Shown piece after piece: positions 62,445 to 64,000 of a stretch of 64,000 nucleotides of DNA. Position 1 is the stretch's first letter. Every line of letters begins with the position of its first letter. The stretch is from an uncultured Nocardioides sp. (GTDB lineage Bacteria; Actinomycetota; Actinomycetes; Propionibacteriales; Nocardioidaceae), in assembly GCF_937982615.1 (NCBI RefSeq), contig NZ_CALJLL010000190.1. The stretch is one strand, 5' to 3'. A program made the translations under genes and the position numbers. The notes under the pieces are model-generated. The model was not told the origin of the DNA, searched no databases, and was given only the letters and a program-made list of their open reading frames with translations.

Positions 62445-63779
62445 TCAGGCGTCATCCCAGAAGATGTAGCCGTTCATGATCTCCCGGCCCCAGAGCTGGT
62501 CCCGCTCGACCTTGGTCAGCTGAGCCTCGTCGCAAACCTCGTCCCACTCCGCGTTGGTCGTGTCGAGAACATGGTCGATGATTTGCTGCGCCGCCTTGGG
62601 GGACAACAGGAACTCTGACGCCGCGGCTCGAGCGACGCGTAATTGGCTCGCCCTCTGGCCTTCCGCGGTGAGCCCGATGGCGTGTGAGGCCGTCATCGTG
62701 TTGCGAGGCGAGGGCGTGATGTCGTACGCCGGCGTCAGTCGCAGGGAGCGACCGTCCCAGAAGGCGGCGTGGTTGCGCAGATGGTCGTCGGTGTTGCCGA
62801 CGACCACGTTGAGCACAAGTCTGGTGAACAGTTCGTGCAGCTGCGCCTGGGCATCGACCCAGCCGGGGTGTCGGATGGCGCGTGCGAGGTCGGCATAGGA
62901 GGAGTAGTACGACTGCCCATCGCGCAAGCCGAGCACCGTCAACCCCGAGACGACCATGAGTCGGGTGCTCTTGGAGGTGCGGTCGAAGCGATGTACCAAC
63001 AGCACGTCCTTCCCAGCCGAGCGAACGACTTTCACGTCCGGCACGTCGATGCCGACGCGCCGAGCCAGGAGCATGCCGACGGCTTCGGCCTTGACGACCG
63101 GCCGGGTGTCGGTGGTGGAGGAGAACTTCGCGATGAACTCTCGCCCGCTCTCCTCGAGCAGCGCCTTCGGGCGCGCGCCGCCGATGCTGGTGCCGTGACC
63201 AGCGGCGGCAGCGAGGTCGTCGGGGATCGGTTCGCCTCGTTCGATGAGCTCAGCGGCGTGGACGAGTTGGTCGAGGCTGGCCGGCTCCCCACGTGGCACG
63301 TACTCCGTGGCCGAGGTCTGGAAGTCCAGCGCACCGCTCCTGTTGCTGCCCGAGTGCAGCAGGTAGGTGAGCTCGGTCAGGTCGATGTTCGGGTCGTTGG
63401 CCAGCTCGAGATTGATCACGCGACGACCCCAGGCGTCCGGAGCCGCATCGCGCAGGCAGCTAGCGACGGGCAGCGGTGAACGCTCGTCCACGGAGGGGTA
63501 GCCGCGCCAGGCCGGGAACTCGCCTCCGGTCACCCGCCCCGGCCGGGTCGGATCCATGGTTCCGGCGACGAGTGGCAGCTCGGGCGCAAACAACGAGATG
63601 GATTCGGGGTTGTCTCGATAGCTGCGCGCGTACGCGAAGGCGAGGACCGGCTCCCCGTCGAGTACACCCGGAGTGCGCGCAAGGACTCCCGCAACAACCG
63701 GCGCTGTCTTGCCGGGAAGCCACACCCACACATACAGCTCGTCTGGCGTGGCGAAGCCCTGGTCAGAAGTTATCGTCAA
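62445..63779 (-). CDS. hipA: HipA-family Ser/Thr kinase toxin
   Basis: Track ORF 62445..63821. It contains GGARPKALL and VVGNTDDHLRNHAAFWDG. A TTG start at 63779 is assumed; it overlaps the hipB stop and remains uncertain. Confidence 0.75.
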   Translation of the reverse strand: MTITSDQGFATPDELYVWVWLPGKTAPVVAGVLARTPGVLDGEPVLAFAYARSYRDNPESISLFAPELPLVAGTMDPTRPGRVTGGEFPAWRGYPSVDERSPLPVASCLRDAAPDAWGRRVINLELANDPNIDLTELTYLLHSGSNRSGALDFQTSATEYVPRGEPASLDQLVHAAELIERGEPIPDDLAAAAGHGTSIGGARPKALLEESGREFIAKFSSTTDTRPVVKAEAVGMLLARRVGIDVPDVKVVRSAGKDVLLVHRFDRTSKSTRLMVVSGLTVLGLRDGQSYYSSYADLARAIRHPGWVDAQAQLHELFTRLVLNVVVGNTDDHLRNHAAFWDGRSLRLTPAYDITPSPRNTMTASHAIGLTAEGQRASQLRVARAAASEFLLSPKAAQQIIDHVLDTTNAEWDEVCDEAQLTKVERDQLWGREIMNGYIFWDDA

Positions 63780-64000
63780 GCTCCACCAACTTCGTGCGGA
63801 CCCGCTCTGGAAGCAGCGCAAGGCGCGCCCGTTCCTGGCTTGCGAGGCGCCCCATCTCCGAGGGAGCGGTTCCGAACAGCGGGACGCCGCAGATCACGGC
63901 TGCCTCGAAGACGGTGCCGATCTGGGTTGTGGGGTGCCCGTTCTCGAGTCTGCTCACGACTGGGGCGCTGACGCCGATCCGCTGGGCAAGTTCTGCGGCA
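63763..64000 (-). CDS. hipB: XRE-family HTH antitoxin (HipB-like), 5' end outside the window
   Basis: Minus-strand translation up to the window edge gives AAELAQRIGVSAPVVSRLENGHPTTQIGTVFEAA. The stop is at 63763, overlapping the hipA start region. Confidence 0.65.
   Translation of the reverse strand, partial: AAELAQRIGVSAPVVSRLENGHPTTQIGTVFEAAVICGVPLFGTAPSEMGRLASQERARLALLPERVRTKLVELDDNF

Overview
The window is a very GC-rich, GC3-dominated actinobacterial chromosome segment. Family-level placement cannot be made without a database search. Gene density is high and I found no transposase, integrase, rRNA or CRISPR array.

The core landmark at 35.8-48 kb is the conserved near-origin cell-division and signalling locus. 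Its order is tRNA-Leu(CAG), fhaA, fhaB, pstP, rodA, pbpA, pknA, pknB, DUF881, crgA, rhomboid, ppiA. This matches the Rv0020c-Rv0009 region of M. tuberculosis.

The remaining content, left to right:
- A partial M4 metalloprotease, followed by two paralogous ECF-sigma/membrane-protein pairs that bracket a sulfatase.
- A complete corrinoid-dependent methyl-transfer island: non-Pyl MttB, corrinoid protein, methyl-THF methyltransferase, RamA-like activator, DUF1638, IclR, PurU, MetF and an MFS transporter.
- A di-iron protein, an AlkB-rubredoxin fusion and a TetR regulator.
- Housekeeping and accessory genes: ppgK, malic enzyme, an NPP-family phosphatase, a beta-helix protein, a nitroreductase and a MATE transporter.
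- A 1208-aa SARP + AAA + LuxR hybrid regulator translationally coupled to two FAD-linked oxidases.
- A four-gene coupled operon: SURF1, DUF3817, patatin, acyltransferase.
- A GntR gene broken at a C11 tract.
- An envelope-glycosylation-like operon: GT-C, GT2, GT-C, methyltransferase and a flippase-like protein.
- An accessory end holding an RTX-like protein, vapBC and hipBA.

The most interesting items are:
- the MttB island and its triple 13-bp repeat operator
- the twin GT-C cluster
- the hybrid regulator with its oxidases
- the poly-C frameshift in the GntR gene
- a tandemly duplicated CrgA
- several families of long intergenic palindromes

All functional calls rest on motif recognition by eye. 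Start codons are inferred from the ORF track and local context, and no homology search was possible.
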